The notes beneath the pieces were generated by a model, which searched no databases, had not been told where the DNA came from, and was given only the letters and a program-made list of their open reading frames with translations. A DNA stretch of 17,110 nt from Dehalococcoidia bacterium (GTDB taxonomy: Bacteria > Chloroflexota > Dehalococcoidia > Lucifugimonadales > UBA3495): assembly GCA_030740155.1 (NCBI GenBank), contig JASLXV010000096.1, forward strand, positions 1-17,110, in the 5' to 3' direction. The stretch's first letter is position 1; every line of letters starts with the position of its first letter. The position numbers and the translations under genes are program-made. Below are positions 16,963 through 17,110 of the stretch, piece after piece.

Positions 16963-17053
16963 TGGTTCAACAAGCTCACCACGAACGGGGCAGGCGCACC
17001 CGATCCGTTCGTTCTGAGCGCCTTATCCGTTCGCCCTGAGCCTGTCGAAGGGC
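16963..17053. repeat. REP-like palindromic repeat
   Basis: TTCAACAAGCTCACCACGAACGG ... CCGTTCGCCCTGAGCCTGTCGAA imperfect inverted pair, with an additional partial copy ATCCGTTCGTTCTGAGC. Confidence 0.65.
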
Positions 17054-17110
17054 CGCTGGAGCCGGCACTCAAGGCTTTGGGATAGCTACTAAAGGTAACC
17101 CCGGATGAAA

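Noticed and set aside
1..17110. CRISPR array, intact transposase or integrase, rRNA
   Set aside because: No regularly spaced repeat-spacer array or recognisable recombinase, transposase or rRNA sequence seen.

Overview
GC-rich bacterial window. The gene mix (LLM oxidoreductase, tandem family III CoA-transferases, URO-D-like protein, acyl-CoA ligase) suggests Chloroflexota/Dehalococcoidia such as SAR202; this is inference only. In order: 3' end of thioredoxin, a complete tRNA-Sec (selC), three TGTTAACA palindromes and an unannotated 39-aa XRE-type HTH gene converging on selC (likely scar of an integrative element), Nudix hydrolase, a Wzz-like gene broken by an in-frame TGA, a lower-GC GT4 glycosyltransferase, AhpD/CMD protein, MFS transporter, stand-alone HNH nuclease and fluC/crcB. 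Next is a ~1.3 kb stretch without a credible CDS that carries a long hairpin and a candidate small RNA. The rest holds a YtxH protein, URO-D family protein, an LLM gene frameshifted in a C7 tract just after its start, a tRNA 3'-end fragment bordering a lower-GC orphan segment, a BbsE/BbsF-like pair (second gene probably CTG-initiated), an acyl-CoA synthetase and a REP-like repeat.
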